Notes: generated by a model not told the origin, from the letters alone. A stretch of DNA of 63,508 nucleotides, filler included, from Bigelowiella natans CCMP2755 (GCA_000320545.1; 4 parts of 4 records of this genome joined end to end with filler, not necessarily neighbours in it); one strand, 5' to 3'. Positions 1-14,315 are shown, counted from the first letter of the whole stretch. A program made the numbers and translations.

Positions 1-238
1 CATACGTGCGTATATACTCACGTACAAACATTCATGCATGGTTCCAGGTCACGCACACTGAGACTTCATCCTCCTCCTCCTCCTCCTCCCCCCCCCCACC
101 CCCATCGTCATCATCACACATCACATCTCATAGAGCTCGCCGTTGCCGCCCGAGAACAGCATCCAACGGTTGTTTTCGTGCCGCGACAAGCATTCCGTGC
201 GGCCTGATGGGAGAAGGCGGCAATAAGAGTGACTGCGT

Positions 239-311
<73 letters not shown>

Positions 312-757
312 ATCGATCTGCTACTCACTCACTTTGATCTCCTCATCCTGAGCAACAATCATCGCTGCTCGCCCCCACCCAACCACCACCGCTACTACTA
401 CTAATACTACAACTACTGCTACTACTGCTACTACTACTGCCACTAATCCTATGCACAGCATCGTTCATGCTACTTTTGCTAGATCTTCTGCTAAGGATGT
501 TTATCTACATTGCTTTGTTTTGGCACCGACCGATGATGACGCAATCTATTTTGACGCCCTTAACCCAGATTGAAGCACGTTTGATCACATAGGCGTTCAG
601 TCTTTGGCCGTCATCGTCTTCGTCGTAACCCGCGCCATCCCTCGTTTTTGGAAGGGGAGGGGGGGTGGCTGCGGCGGCGAATTCGGAAATCCTCAGCCGC
701 AGATTATCCGAGGAATCTGGTAAAGTATGCAAGTAGCGAGTATGCAGTGTGTGCTGT

Positions 758-790
<33 letters not shown>

Positions 791-1901
791 GTGTGTGTGT
801 GTTGGACGAGGGTTGGATCACGTTTGGAAGTAAGAGAGAGAGGGGGGGGAGGGGGGTGGGGAGAGAGAGAGATAGAGATAGAGAGAGAGAGAAAGTGAGA
901 AAGTGAGTGAATACGACGATGTGCTGGTCGTCGTGTGTATATTGTTTAGGGGGCCGATTACGTCCTAAGATACTGGAGATAAACAGCGAGTTTGACGAGG
1001 GAAGGATGCCAAACCACCGAGCCACAGTCACGTGCAACATCTGGAATCAATGGCACGGGGGAGGGGGGGGGGGGGGGGGGGGGGGTGAGCGTTTGATCGT
1101 ATGCACCTCACCATTGCAGCAGAGAGGACATGCAGGTTGCTGCCAAGATCAACGGGTTGGTTTATGAACACTTCTCTGTAGAGCTTGTTACCGTCGGAAG
1201 CTGCGCAATCGCGAGGCATCTGAGTGGAATTGCAAGACAACGGGAGAGCAAATCAAAAGCTATTGTTACGATGGCCCAGGCCAGAGGGCTAGTCGCACCG
1301 CCCCTCTCCATGCTGTGCAAGACAGTGTCGTGTTCTCACCGCAAAGCCGTGCGCGCCGAATTGGTCATCAATCTGTCCGCGCGTAGGAAGGGGGGGAGGT
1401 AGCTGCGTACTCCCCCGTACACGATGAGGGCCACAAAACTGGGAAAACCGAGCTCTTGGATCGCCATGTACAAGTGCCTTACCAGGTATCGGGCCTATGC
1501 ACAAGCGCATGAGGGGAGGGGAGGGGAAAAATAGGGTCAATTGCCCAGCCTATGTGAGCGTAGTAGCTGGCGTTGGGAAAGCAAGGGTTATTTCTCTCCG
1601 GTTTGATGAGAGGATGCTACCCGAGAAGAATCCATAAGAACGAAGTTAATCTCCTTGCACTCCCTTTCCTTGAAGTCAGCGGAGAGGTCTTCCTTCTTCT
1701 TCCCCGCCTGCTTGAGGTAGAAGGCATCCTCACCCCGGATAACCACCGGGCATTCCAAGAGCTTCGATTCGCGCAGCATCTTGTAGACGACATATCTGTG
1801 GTAAAATCGGGGGGTTACGGGGTATTAGCCAAGTGCAAAAGATGGTGGTGGAGAGGGCGGAAGCTAGCTACCCTCCGGAGAGCAGCGCGAGGGTCCTCCA
1901 T
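1..1901 (-). CDS. Multi-exon hypothetical protein (3' end unresolved or off-window)
   Basis: Minus-strand exon-like segments with GT/AG ends: MEDPRAALR|YVVYKMLRESKLLECPVVIRGEDAFYLKQAGKKKEDLSADFKERECKEINFVLMDSSR|HLYMAIQELGFPSF..., and DSSDNLRLRISEF...VIKRASIW (~570-715). No family recognised. Confidence 0.4.
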
Positions 1902-2358
1902 CCGATGATCTTCGTCGTCGCCCCACTCCCCCGACTGCCTGCTCCCGCACTGGAGCTCTTGCTCATGCTGTTGAGGCTGCGGTGCTTCTCTGGCGCTCAG
2001 CCGATGACGGGCGCCATTTTTTGCCGCGCCGCTGTTGCTGCCTCGGGAGGGATGTGAGACCGAAGTGCACTTCAGGCATACAGGAAGATCGTAATTTTAT
2101 TGTCGCGCCTTTTTGAGGAGTATTTCCGTACAGCGACAAGGAAAGTTTCCTAAAAACGACCAAAACTGGCTCTTTTGTAGACGTACTCGCCGGAAGGAAG
2201 CTCCTGAAATTGTTCCGTCGTTGCCCCTTCCCGTCGCAGGAGGATCACGTCGCCGCCGATGAGGTAGGTTTCGAGTCATCAGCGCCCCCCCTTCTCTCCG
2301 CGCATTAACGCCTACGCCGCCATGAGTTCTGAGAAGACACATTGTTTATTATAGAATC

Positions 2359-3436
2359 ATGACTCCGAGCCAGCCGCTTCCCGCTGTCTGCACAGGATGC
2401 AGCAGCAGCAGCAGCAGCAGTGGGGAGCGGCCTACTCTCCTCGTTCCCCAACCAGTCCATCATCGAGTCCCCCTCTCGCACAACTGGCCACTGATGCCGT
2501 CGATGACGCCGTTGACGAGGAGGGCGCGCTATTCTTTCGCGGTGTCCGCTGAAAGTAGTGGAACCCCGGAGGAAAGGAGAAGGTCTTTGACAGAGCAGGA
2601 AGTTGACTATGTGCAAGGATCTCGCGCGAGAAGAGCTGTGCGAAAAATAGGAATCGGAGGAAGCTTATTCATGCTAACCACAGCTGCCTTTCTGGGGGGG
2701 CGCATCAGGTCAGGAGCCGTTCCTAATCCAACGAGTGCCTTGTTTTCTGAAAGAACAAGAACATGCACAAGTCTATGCGAGATAATTTGTGATTTCTCAA
2801 AGTAACACCTCCAAATTACTTCCCACTCAGCCCGGAGACTCTAGAGGCCCTAATGATAACCATGACTGCCGCATCAATGATCTATTGGTGGGGGGTTGTA
2901 GAAGGGGGAGGCATTGGCTTCATGGACACGAGCCGCCTCAACCCAGCGACAGAGATGGAGCTCGAAGTCGCGAGCGCGGGAAAGAAGGGCATGGGACTAT
3001 TCGCGAAGACACGGATAAAAAAGGGCAAGTTCCTCATGGAGTATGCAGGCGAACGTATGGACGACTTCGAGTTGTTTCGGCGTTACGGCGGTGATACCGA
3101 GAGCGAGGAAGCGAGCTACGTGATGCGAGTGACCGATCAGGTAGCGCAAGAAGTTATTGATGAGTATACGCGAGTGGAGTTGACTTTGTACCTCTCACCC
3201 TCCCCCCCTGCGATTAGGAATTTATCGATTGCTCGAACGCGTCTCGCAGCAATCTGGCGCGGTTTATGAACCACGCAGGTTCAAAGTCCCAAAAATGCAA
3301 CATAGAGAAGAGAGTGGCTAGGAAGCCAGGCGGTAGAGTGTACTTCTTTGCCGCTAGAGATATTGAGTCTGGGGAGGAGCTGTGCTTTGACTATGGAGAT
3401 GAATATTGGTCGGCAAAAGGAGTCATTCCTGAATAG
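2359..3436 (+). CDS. SET-domain lysine methyltransferase (SET8-like core) with N-terminal extension and two hydrophobic helices
   Basis: Introns 2709-2830 and 3141-3217 join KGMGLFAKTRIKKGKFLMEYAGE...SYVM...FIDC...NLARFMNH...RVYFFAARDIESGEELCFDYGDEYW, which contains the canonical GxG, RFxNH and ELxFDY SET motifs. Stop TAG at 3434-3436. Start uncertain. Confidence 0.85.
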
Positions 3437-3983
3437 TAAGTAAGCTTCTCGCCTCTCGATGCATAAATACAGCCGGCGTCATCTATGACAAAAGACACAC
3501 CGTATATGCTATACATGTAATATGTAGTATGCGTTGTGTCTGTAGGTTGCGCAAGCTCTATGCAGCATCGCAATAGCTAGCTCTAGCTGGCTATTCTATC
3601 TTGATGTGAGAATTTTAAAATCGCCTGAAATTCTGTTGTCAACGCAATCTAGCTATCTTATGTTACCTATCGCTCGGCTCATTCGTGCGCATGCAGGCGT
3701 CACTAGCCAACTAAATTGAGACCGGCACGCGACGACAGGCTCACAGCCTTGTAACACATATAAACTGCACATGATACGTTTGTACTGTAGTAGACGTTAC
3801 ACAAAAGTAATCTCCAGAGCCCTATACGCCTCTACTTGGCATACAGTGTAGCGATCGAATCTAAATGACAATCTTTCTATATCCTGCGTTTTACCATGTC
3901 CCGTCATGAAGTAATGTCATCTGGTGTACGAATTTCATGATTGTCGCTCTGCTGAGGACTGTTGAGACTGCGTCATGCCATGC

Positions 3984-6022
3984 TTAGTGTCTCGCAGCAG
4001 GAGGGGACGACACTTCGCGTGGAGCAGGCGGAAGATCCCTTAATCTGTATAGTTTCTTGTTCTCCGGTATGTCCATCAATGCCCTGATGCATTTCGTACA
4101 TATTCTATTCTTATCCTTCTCGCCCGAGTTGACGTATACGTTATACGGCGAGCATGAACTGCAACACAAGATGCCGCATGCGTAGCACCAGTGGCGCTTC
4201 GTGAACATGCCAAATTGGCGATGACATGGCCGGCCATTCTTTTTGAATTGGCGTTGGCAGTTGGGGTTTTTCTCTGTCTGCGGAACTGCCATGTGGTTCT
4301 TTCTCTTCTCCATTTTTAGCTTAAGTTCTTTCCATTGCTCGGTTACCTCACGCAGCATCGCCATCCACTCCTCCTTCCCCTTGGCGCTGCTCGAGAAAAC
4401 CTATCACAGCGTAGAGTATGAATTAAACTCCAAAATCAGTCGCACAAACACTGCCTTCTCTCGAATCTCAAATTAACCTGCAAGCAATACCTGGAAGGAT
4501 TTCACCGAGTTTATGATTTGGAAAGAGTTTTTCTCTTTGGCCTTCCCGTCAAGGACGTCGTGCACTTCAAATGCTGCATCCAGCGGGATTTTCTTGTGCA
4601 ATCGGAACGTCCCTGGCTTTGTTCCGTGCGCATACGCCAGCATGTCATTAAAAAGGAAAAAGTGGTAGGTGCGATCCTCTGCTCTGGTTGACTTTTTTGT
4701 CAGAGTGCCATCGAACTTGTAGATTCGGCTAGGGGAAACAAACCCTGGGTCCTTCTTGAAGAGCTGCATCAGCTCAATTACCTTGCGGTAATATAGAGTG
4801 AAATCGCATCCAAATATGAGGGCAGCAGTAATCAAGCAACGAGTGCGGGTATTTGTCAATATATGGAAGAGACATGACAGTTTAAATTTCAGATCAAAGT
4901 CACAAAAAATGCCTGTTTTGGAAGATGACTTCAGATATATACCTTTTCACGACTGTGGCGCTTCTTGATCGACTCGTTAACAAAATTAGCTGTCTCTTTT
5001 ATTCGTTCGAGGGCAGTCTCGAGCTTACCATAATCTGGATGGTGCTCGTTGGTGTTTTTGATATACTCCTGAACCAGAAGCCTGTATCGAGGAATCCGCT
5101 GCACAGGGGTTATCAAGAGGGCTGGTAGAGGGAGGCACTTGGACTCTTTACAGACCCTCTGGCAAAACTGTTTGAACTTGGATTTTCTCTTCGATTCCAA
5201 GCGTTTTATTATGTCGCGCACCTTTTCGCTTTCGGCGTTCTCGACGTACTTCCTGTACCTAAGTGTTGGGATGGGACGGGAGCGGCGAGGGCAAAATCAT
5301 ACCAGCGTACTCACGCCAAAAGCCAAGGTGAAAATGTTGTCATCGATGGGTAAGATGCTCGATATCTACTACATCGGATAAGGCTGTCAAAAATAAGCCC
5401 GAAACCCATTCCCCTCCTCTTCCAGAAACACCATAACTCTATCGCCCCCCCCCCCCTCTCTTAAGTGATCGCGAGCGTTTGTGCTTCTTTTTTTCATGTG
5501 CGATGCATACATCCTGAAATAAGGGACGAAATCGAGAAGCGTATCGCCCAGGGTCGTGTTAATGGTGTAGTGTTGTATCAGGCTCTCCATGTCACTGAGA
5601 AACTTCTGGTTGAGGTCCCTCATGGTCGCGATGTCTGAAAACAGCTCCTGAACTTCATCACGAGGTAAAATAGGCTTGCCCTTTGCAATTGCCTGTAAGA
5701 GTGGCTTTTGAAAGCGATGGATGATAACGTCGAGTGTCTTAACGTATGTAGCCTCTGTCGAAAGAATTTCTTCGGCTACTCGCCTACGATTTCTGTGTTT
5801 GACCTCGGCTTTCTTATCTGCGGAGGATTTGCCCCAATTCACAACTTTTCTGATGGGGCCCCCTGCTCCGATAGTCGCCCCCCGATTTTCTTGATGACCC
5901 TGGCGCGGAGGAGGAGGAGAGCGAGAACGAGATCGACTCCGGCTCTCGATAGACATAGACGCGGAGGAGTTCGCGCTGCTGCTTTTTGCCCACCTCGAAC
6001 CTTCTCTCTGGCTCGGATCCAT
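3984..6022 (-). CDS. FGD/frabin-like RhoGEF: DH + PH + FYVE-type zinc finger
   Basis: DH: RRRVAEEILSTEATYVKTL...FVPYFRMY...LLITPVQRIPRYRLLVQEYIKNT..HPDY..L..ALERIKETANFVNE. PH: YKFDGTLTKKS..RTYHFFLFNDMLAY. FYVE-like: FGMFTKRHWCYACGILCCSSCS...RICTKC. The 5' end may extend to ~6250. Confidence 0.9.
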
Positions 6023-6535
6023 GACTCAATTGGTCTCGATCTAAGAGCGGTGTACGTACGACGGATGGTGCCTTTGCTGCTTGTTCCAGACCGCTAAACG
6101 ATGGGCGCGTGCTCGCTCGCTCTGCAACGAGGATTGGACTCGTGTTGGTCGGCGAGGAAGGTAGTCACGTCCCAGGCAAACACAAGGGGTTTCGATCACG
6201 GATGCTGCTGCTCATGAAGGAACGAGTCACCAACCGCCGCATCCGCGACGGAAGTGAGAATCCAGCCTCTTTTCCCTTGGTTTTGGAGTCGGAAACGGGC
6301 GGTGCTCTCAGTAACGTCTGGTGAAAGTCAAAAATATAGCGCGACAACGATTTTAAGCAAAGGAAAAAGACACTCACAGGCTGTTTGTTCTGTGATTGAT
6401 GAATACCGGTTTTATGCTAAATATCTGGGGGTTCTTAATTCACTCGCATCGAGGAATCTCCAGAGCGTCACGGAAAAAAACATCCCCGCAAGCCACGTGC
6501 CCCCCTCCCGAACGAACGAACACATCGAAGGAAAT

Positions 6536-7235
6536 ATGAGTGCCAAAGAAGAACTCAAAGACTATTCCCAAAATGGCGCGGTCGCGAAGAAGATTGCGAG
6601 GTAGGTGCGGCGTGTAAACGCCCTGCGTTCTGTGGGCGTTGGTGGAGCTCAACACGGTTTGTTTGTCTTCAGCGTGACGCCTTACTTCCCTTTCAAGGGC
6701 ATCGAGAGATTTTACGATATCGGCGGCTTCCTTAAAGTATGATCCCACGTTTGAGGGCCAAGTGCAATTTCGAGTCTAACCCAAACTTCTATGATCAGCA
6801 TCCCGAGATCTTCCAGCTTGTCGTTGATGTTTTCGTCGCGCGGTACAAGTCGATCGGTACGTAGTCGATTGATTGTCGATAACACACGATGGTGTTCTTT
6901 CTCAGCTCGCGACCGCAAGATTTAAATTACGAACGGTGTGTAACCAATGCATGAATAATTCGGAAATAGGTGTGGACTCAATCGCTGGATTCGATGCTAG
7001 AGGATTTATCTTGGTCATTTGACTACTGCGTTGGGGTTGGACGGTTCTATTCATTCCCTGCTTCCCACCCTCTTCCTTTCCCATTCCACAGGGTCCTCCC
7101 ATCGCTCTAGCCCTTAAAAAGCCGTTCATCATGCTCCGAAAGAAAGGTTGGCGTTCTAAACCGATCTATCAAGCTTTCCCCCGCTCCCAATGTGATTCGT
7201 TTATGTGTTCATTCTCTCCCTCTCGCTCTCGCGCG

Positions 7236-7277
<42 letters not shown>

Positions 7278-8452
7278 ACTTGCTTGTTGTAGGGAAGATG
7301 CCGAACTCCATCTCGGGAAAGGAATACGGCAAGGAATATGCTGGAAAGTAATGCCTACCTTACCGTTGTCAGCCAGCACCGGCCTGCGTGTAAAATCGAT
7401 AAAGGCTTTTTTGTGTGTGAGTCTTCTATTCACATTTATTTGCTTTGCTCAATCCCCTTCCTCTTTCCCCCTACGAGCACTCCCTGAGGCTCTTACTGTG
7501 ATTTAAATCATAGCATTAATCTCCTGCTTCTTGTGCTGTCATTGCTGTTATCGCGCTGCCCCGCTACCGCTCCGCAAACAGGGACGTTCTGACCATTCCT
7601 CGCGGCTCTGTGAAAAAGGGCGACCGCGTCCTGCTCATTGATGATCTCGTAGTAGCAACATAACAATCGATTGATGTGGAAGGGAGAGAAGGCCCTCATC
7701 ATAGCTACGGCTACGTTTCCGTGTCTGGTGGATGTTGTACAGGTGGCGACTGGAGGGACCCTCTCTGCGGGCATTGAGCTTGTAAAGAAGCTGGGCGGCG
7801 TCGTCGTTGAATGCTCCTGTGTACGATACGATGCGATATATATAACTAAAAAACTATATAAGTCTAATCCTTGTAATCATTGCGCGTATGCTTTCCCTGT
7901 TGTGTGACGCACACAAGATTGTGGAGCTCAAGTTCCTGAATGCGAGGAAGAAGCTCGACGGTCTTGGACATAAGGATGTTCCAATTTGGTTCGTCGCACT
8001 CACCTTGCTTACATGTTCATACGTTCACGCACGCACACACACACGCACACACACACACAAGAGTATACGTGTGTGTAAGTTTTGGGCGCCTTGTTTCAAT
8101 CAAAGTATTGATTCGAACGCTGGAACGACCGAATCCATGATTTTTTGGTTGTACGCCTGCGACACGGTCTGCAGTCCAAAGATTAGAAGAGTATTACCTC
8201 ACTAGTACTGTTGTCTAATTGGGAAAATAAAAAGGCCATTAATTTGCATTCCGTTCTTTGATTTATATGACCGAAGGGCATTAATGGATGAGTCCATTCT
8301 CACGCTTGATGGCCTGAAGTCCAAGGACATTGACACGACCGACTACAAAGACGATGGTTCTCACATTCACCAGCAGCCAAAAATAAGCGCACGGAGAGAG
8401 ATAAAGTTCATATGCAAGGAGTGGATGTGTCGATTCGTCGATGTCGTTACTG

Positions 8453-8518
<66 letters not shown>

Positions 8519-8589
8519 TTAGAATTGGGTTCTGCGTTATGATTTCTGAGAAATATACAATTGTAATATGCACAGGGGAGGCACATTAG
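6536..8589 (+). CDS. APRT: Adenine phosphoribosyltransferase
   Basis: Spliced exons give MSAKEEL...YFPFKGIERFYDIGGFLK|HPEIFQLVVDVFVARYKSIG|VDSIAGFDARGFIL|GPPIALALKKPFIMLRKK|GKMPN...|GDRVLLIDDL|VATGGTL (PRPP-binding motif)...|IVELKFLNARKKL...|...KDDG|EAH*. Confidence 0.93.
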
Positions 8590-9372
8590 GGTCCTTTAGC
8601 AGCATATATCAATGGGGTCACAGTGCCAGGGCATTTCGAGGCTATATGTATGCACATGCGTTTACTGATAGCTAGTTGCGTTGCTTTGCATTGGTGCAGC
8701 ACTTTGATCGTCTATAGTTCAATCAGATATGCACAAGTAAATTGCATGTACGTCACACACACACACGCACGCAGCTACATATTATTAGCTATTTGTAGCA
8801 GGCATCGGTCTGTGCATGCATGCTACATCCAAACTCGCAGGCGCCATACTCTAGGTATTACTCTATAACTCAGCAAACGTATGGCAAGCGGCGCGTGCGA
8901 CTAGGTACATACACACGCAATTTATTTGATTCTCCGCAAAGAGCTACCATATCGTGCTAGTAAACTCATCGAAACATAGAAAGGTAGCAGAACTTCGCCT
9001 CCCACTAATTGTTAGCTGAAAGCAGCACTATAGCTATGTTCTGCATTGCGTCGCATGGTAGCTTCCAATCGCACGGCTAAATTCTAGTGCGTGATCTGTC
9101 TCAAACATTGTCTAGATTTGCCGTCTGAATAAACGTACTCTTGTCTATTTGACACAAACAGACTACAGATACACAGTACATGCTAGCATGTGCGATGAAC
9201 ATATAGTATCCTCAACGTTGGATCCATTCCACAACTTGAGGGAGCAACACCGTCGGAACACCGAATCCTCAATAATGGCAACGTTGAATACATTGCCATG
9301 CGATGACTCGATCTACCGGCTAGACCGGAGACTTACCAACGCGCCCCCTCCTCCTTCTCCTTCCTGTCCCCG

Positions 9373-9975
9373 TCATTGAAAAGTCACCTCCGCGGCGGCA
9401 GCCGCAGCTGCCGCGGAAGCGCGACGAGTCCCTCGACGAGTCGAATACTGGTGCTCGGCGTGATCGGTTTTGACCATGAAATCGGAAACCCCCGTCCCCA
9501 CATTTCTCGGCTTGCCGTATGGGTGCTGGTAGTTCCCGTAGAAGTAGGCCGAGGGAGCTCCCGCCAGATGCCTGATAGGCGGGGTGTGCGTGTACAGGTT
9601 GTGCGTGTGAGTGTTTTTTGTCTTAGCCCCGGAGCACCCCCACGCGCGAGCGCGAGGTAGCGCGCGCTGTGTGTATATTTCGGTTTCTTTTTTTTTTTTC
9701 GTTTCCACTTTTTTGGGGAAAAAATGTACTCATCTCTCATCTCTTGGAACCGAGAATAACACTATAATGCACGGGTGTCAGTATTACGGGTAAGCTTCCT
9801 CGTCGTCCCCGCACCGGGTAAAACAGCGCGTTTTCACAGCCGCCCACAGGATGAAGCCTGTTGGGCAAGGGGGGGGAGGGGAGAGGCCAGTAAGTAACAA
9901 AATGGGCATAAGCGAGACAGAGAAGGTACTTGCAGAGCTAATAAATAGATCATACACTTACACACACGTACACGT

Positions 9976-10030
<55 letters not shown>

Positions 10031-10969
10031 GGCAAAACACATGCTCTGCGTGTCCATACAATCCGAAAAACACATCTCTTCATTCACGCTCCATTCGAGC
10101 TACCTGTGCCGCACGCTAGCACACAGTATAAGGAGAGGAAAAAGGCCGAGATGTGGATTTCGTCGTAGGATTTGCTGAACTTTCCAGTTGAGTAATGGGG
10201 TCTGACGGCGGTGGAAGAGGCGGCGCCCTTATGGAGGGATGCGATGGATTGTCCCGAAACTGCTTCTCTATGCTGATGGCGGGGCCGCTGAGTACGATCG
10301 TGATAAAATGTGTCTTATAAATGCATTATGAATATATACGCACATACGTGTATATAAAATATATATATTTATATATATATATTTACGATGCATATTGTGT
10401 TGTTATGCTTTTGCGTCCTACATTCATGCGTGTGTGCGTGCTCGTGCTTGTTTTCTCCCGTATCGTTTCACCTCCTCCTTAGATTTGCCTCTTCTCCCTC
10501 CTCCCTCTTCCCTGGCGTCTCCTCCAGCTTTCTTTTCTCTTTGTTCTTGAGCACGGTTACGACGTTCTTCAGTTTGTGACAGTCGAGCTGCGGAATGATC
10601 GGCGCCGTCGTTGCGAGTGCTATCACCACCGCTTTGGCCGTCCACAGCACTCGCTGCTTCCTCCTTTTCTGCTCGTTGCAGGGAAGAGGAAGAAGATGAT
10701 GAAGAAGAAGATGATGATGATGATGATGACAGAGATGACGTGTGATGAGGCAGCTCCCCGCCAAAATCCAAGGCGGCTCCTTCATCCTTAGAGTTCTGAT
10801 TCTCGCTAGTCGCGGTGTAGACGGTGAATTTGTTGTCTTTGCGTCTGTTTAGATCAGCCATCGCTGTATCTCCTACTGCTTCTTCTTCTTCTTTCACCCT
10901 CAGTTGGTTTGTTCGAGGAGCTATGGTGGAGGCGTTGTTGCTCATCACGGATGGCTTTGTTGACGACGC

Positions 10970-11007
<38 letters not shown>

Positions 11008-12010
11008 CCGCAGCAGATGCAGACACCGCTGTGGTAGTAGAAGCAGCAGAATCACGGGAGAAACGGCCGTTGCTATGATCATCCTCCTCCCCCTGCGCCA
11101 CTTCCTTATTATCATTTTTGTTATTCCCTGCTGACTCGATCGTTGTGGACTCCCTTTTCCAACCGTTTGGATCCTGCCGGACTTGGTCTGCTCGAGAATG
11201 TCTTCTTGTCAGCCGCTCCTCCACCTCTCTTTCTCTCTGTTTTTCTTCTTCTTCTTCTTCTTCTTCCTCCTCCTCCTCCTCATCCTCATTTTTGAATGCC
11301 GCAGCAGCTTCGGTCTCATACCATCTTCCACGATTGTCAAACGACGCATCTCTCGCACGGTGCGGCCGCTGCACATGTGAGAGAGGGGGGAGGCCTCCCT
11401 CTTCGTATCTACGGCGAGAGTGATAGAAGCTGCTGCTATCACTGCCTTGTTGTCGCCCTTCTCCCCGCTGTTCACTGTTCTCATCGGGGCCGAAACGGAC
11501 GTCACGCGTGCCGTAGTAGTGGGAAGAGGAGGGACCATACTGATCCTGCCCACAATTCACCCATCCACACACATACATACATACGCAAAATCTTTTATCA
11601 GAGAGGTATTCGTCACGAACGTCTACGAGAGAGTGTATATGCTTGCATGAACACCATTATTTTATTCCAAAGTTGCACGAATGTATACATGTCACACGCA
11701 AGAAGAAGCAGGAGGGAGGGATTGAAGCCTGAAAAAGGAACAGAAAGAGATAGGGACGTGTTCATATTACATCATTGGGCGGGAACTCTTCCCCCGACCC
11801 ATTTTCCAAGTCGTCGAAACCCTCCCACCGCCGCTCATTCTCTTGCTCTCCTTGATCATAGGCATCATTATCCTTGTCTGGTTCAAACATCGCGCTCTCA
11901 AATGGTAGATTATCGCGAAGGTCTGTGCGTCGCCCCGCCGCCGCCTCTAATGCTCCTTCCGCCGGGAGCAAGAGGGTGGCGAGGAGGAGGTACCAGCAAG
12001 TAGTTGACAT
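9373..12010 (-). CDS. Low-complexity type I membrane protein (signal peptide, long S/E-rich ectodomain, one TM, short tail)
   Basis: N-terminus MSTTCWYLLLATLLLPAEGA; large S/E-rich exon ~10450-11545; TM IHISAFFLSLYCVLACGTG|FILWAAV; tail HLAGAPSAYFYGNY...EVTFQ*. Confidence 0.6.
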
Positions 12011-12456
12011 GTCGTCCTTTTCGGGATGATGAAGGCAGATTACCTAACCCCCTCGCACTTCCTTGATTGCAGGCTTCATAAAACACAAAAGTTATTGTGC
12101 CTCTAACCACCGAGCGAGTTGAAAGAAAAAGGGGCTGCTCTGCTCTCCCACCACGAAGAAAATTAAGGAGGGAGGGGACACGTCAAGCCGCGGGAATTCA
12201 AACAGCAGATTCAAAAATCGCTGTTCGTTGGGAAAAAGACTAAATTTCAGATCGCTTTTCACACTGCGACAACCTTCATCTACAAGTCGCAAAATTTAAA
12301 CGTATTTTCGCCTGTAATGTTTAAAAAAAATTCGGGTTCCTCCTCTTTTTCCAGCCCTCTCTGCACTGCGCGACAACGGTAAGCCAAAAAAATCACAAAT
12401 ACGATCCTGCGACAAGCGAGAATTCTTTGTCGCAGACTTTTTTTAGCCTTATTTGC

Positions 12457-13722
12457 ATGGCCGTCAGAAATTGCCCAACTCTCCTATCCCCCAGCGCTTC
12501 TTTTAGTACCGTATCCGACGAGGAAGCACAAGAGACACGTACGTGTCAGGGCGGGATGTTGGAAGCAACCTGCCACGGTCGGCGACAACATCGGCTCCGT
12601 CAGTTGGCTCTTTTCAAAGCGCTGCTCCTCCTCTCAGTGGTCGTTATGGTCTCTCTCGGAATCTGGTCGGTGGCGGCAGTCTCTGTAGGCGAGCTGCGGA
12701 GGGGGGCTGTGCGAAGGGCTTCTCTCCTTCCCTGCCGGTTGGCGTCCTACATCCGGTTAGTAGTGAGTTAGGGGAATGTTCCTTTTTTTCCCTCTCCACA
12801 CAGCTTTCTTCATTGCAATTCCCATCTCATCCTCCCACCACCAACCCCAGTCTCACTATTCTCTATCACCTGTCAGTGGAGGAGTACGTCGGGCCAGATC
12901 TACTTCATTTGCAGCACCTAATGCGCATGCCGGGGACAGCAAGTCTGAACCTACAGAATCAAAGCCACCTCCTCCACAAATCACCCTTGAACAGCTTAAA
13001 GAACGAATACGGCTGCAGCAGGAAGCAGCAAAACGAGCGATGATGGAGGTCGTGAAACCTTTGAGAAAAAGAAAGCGGCAAAATAAAATGAAGGGGATGG
13101 GAGGGAGAGCGAGAGAGAAAGAGAGAGAGAGAAGCAGCCACATAAAACGTGATGATGACTCCGGCAGAATTCTGATGATGATATATAGGAGCAGCAGAAG
13201 AGGTCGATTCGGTTCCTGGATGCGATAAACCGCTTGCGGGAGATTCAAAAGGCTCCAAAGCATGACACTGTCGACAAGGCAGGCATTCACCAATTCCATG
13301 ATAAATGAACGGGAAGAAACGATGCAACGTGCATCCAAGTCTCATCCCTCTATCTCTTTTTCTCTCCTTTATTTTTCAGGTGAAATCTGGCGCTACGACC
13401 TTGGCAGGCGACAAGAACGATGCAGAGCTACGTCATGTACTCGAAGGAGAGAGAGCGGCCATCATTGACCACAGCAATTATGGAATCATTGAGGTAGACG
13501 TTGCTGCGGCACATATTCGTTGCGACTTATTGGGAAAGGCACAGTATCTATGTTCCACCGTCATTTAACCTCCCCCGCCCCCACCCCCCTCTCCGCTCCT
13601 CGTCTTGTGTGTATCAGGTGACGGGGAGAGACCGGCTCGATTTCCTCCACGGGATGTCCACCAACGATATTGCAGCTCTTCAACCAGGGTTGGATGTATA
13701 AATAGAGACAGAGAAAGAGAGA

Positions 13723-13768
<46 letters not shown>

Positions 13769-14276
13769 CATTGCACGGGACTTTGGAATGAAATGGATGA
13801 AACAGATGCTCTCTTCTATGTGACACATAAAACGCAGTGCTTATGTACCAACGCAGGGCATACGTTCAAACAGTATTCACGACGAGGACTGGTCGTATGA
13901 TTGACTCCACTGTCGCCATCGCTACAGAGGTGCGTGTGTGTGAGAGAGAGGGGGGGGGGGGAGGGGGGGGGCTATTCATTAAGGGTGGAAATCTCAAATT
14001 GACCACCAGGAGGAGGGATGACATGATGATAAACATATCATAACGGCTTGTCCGTTTTCCTCCTTACTTCCTGCTGCACTTTCCCACCGCGACGGCAGCG
14101 ACGATGACTGCCCCATTGACTCTACAACCGATGTTGGAGAGAACCTACACTGACATCCTTTTCGCGTTGCTCAACAGGAGAGCGTGCTGCTTATCGTGTC
14201 CCCTGGAAACGCCGCCACACTCAGCGAGATGCTGGACAAGTACATCTTAGCGTCGGTAAGAAAGGCAGGCATGGGG

Positions 14277-14315
<39 letters not shown>

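Noticed and set aside
6-404. Numerous ORFs with YIYIYI, HTHTHT, ERERER, LSLSLS or CVCVCV runs throughout the window
   Set aside because: These are translations of intronic microsatellites.
6440-6918. Minus-strand ORFs as upstream exons of the RhoGEF
   Set aside because: They are antisense shadows of APRT exons, which have clear motifs and splice sites on the plus strand.
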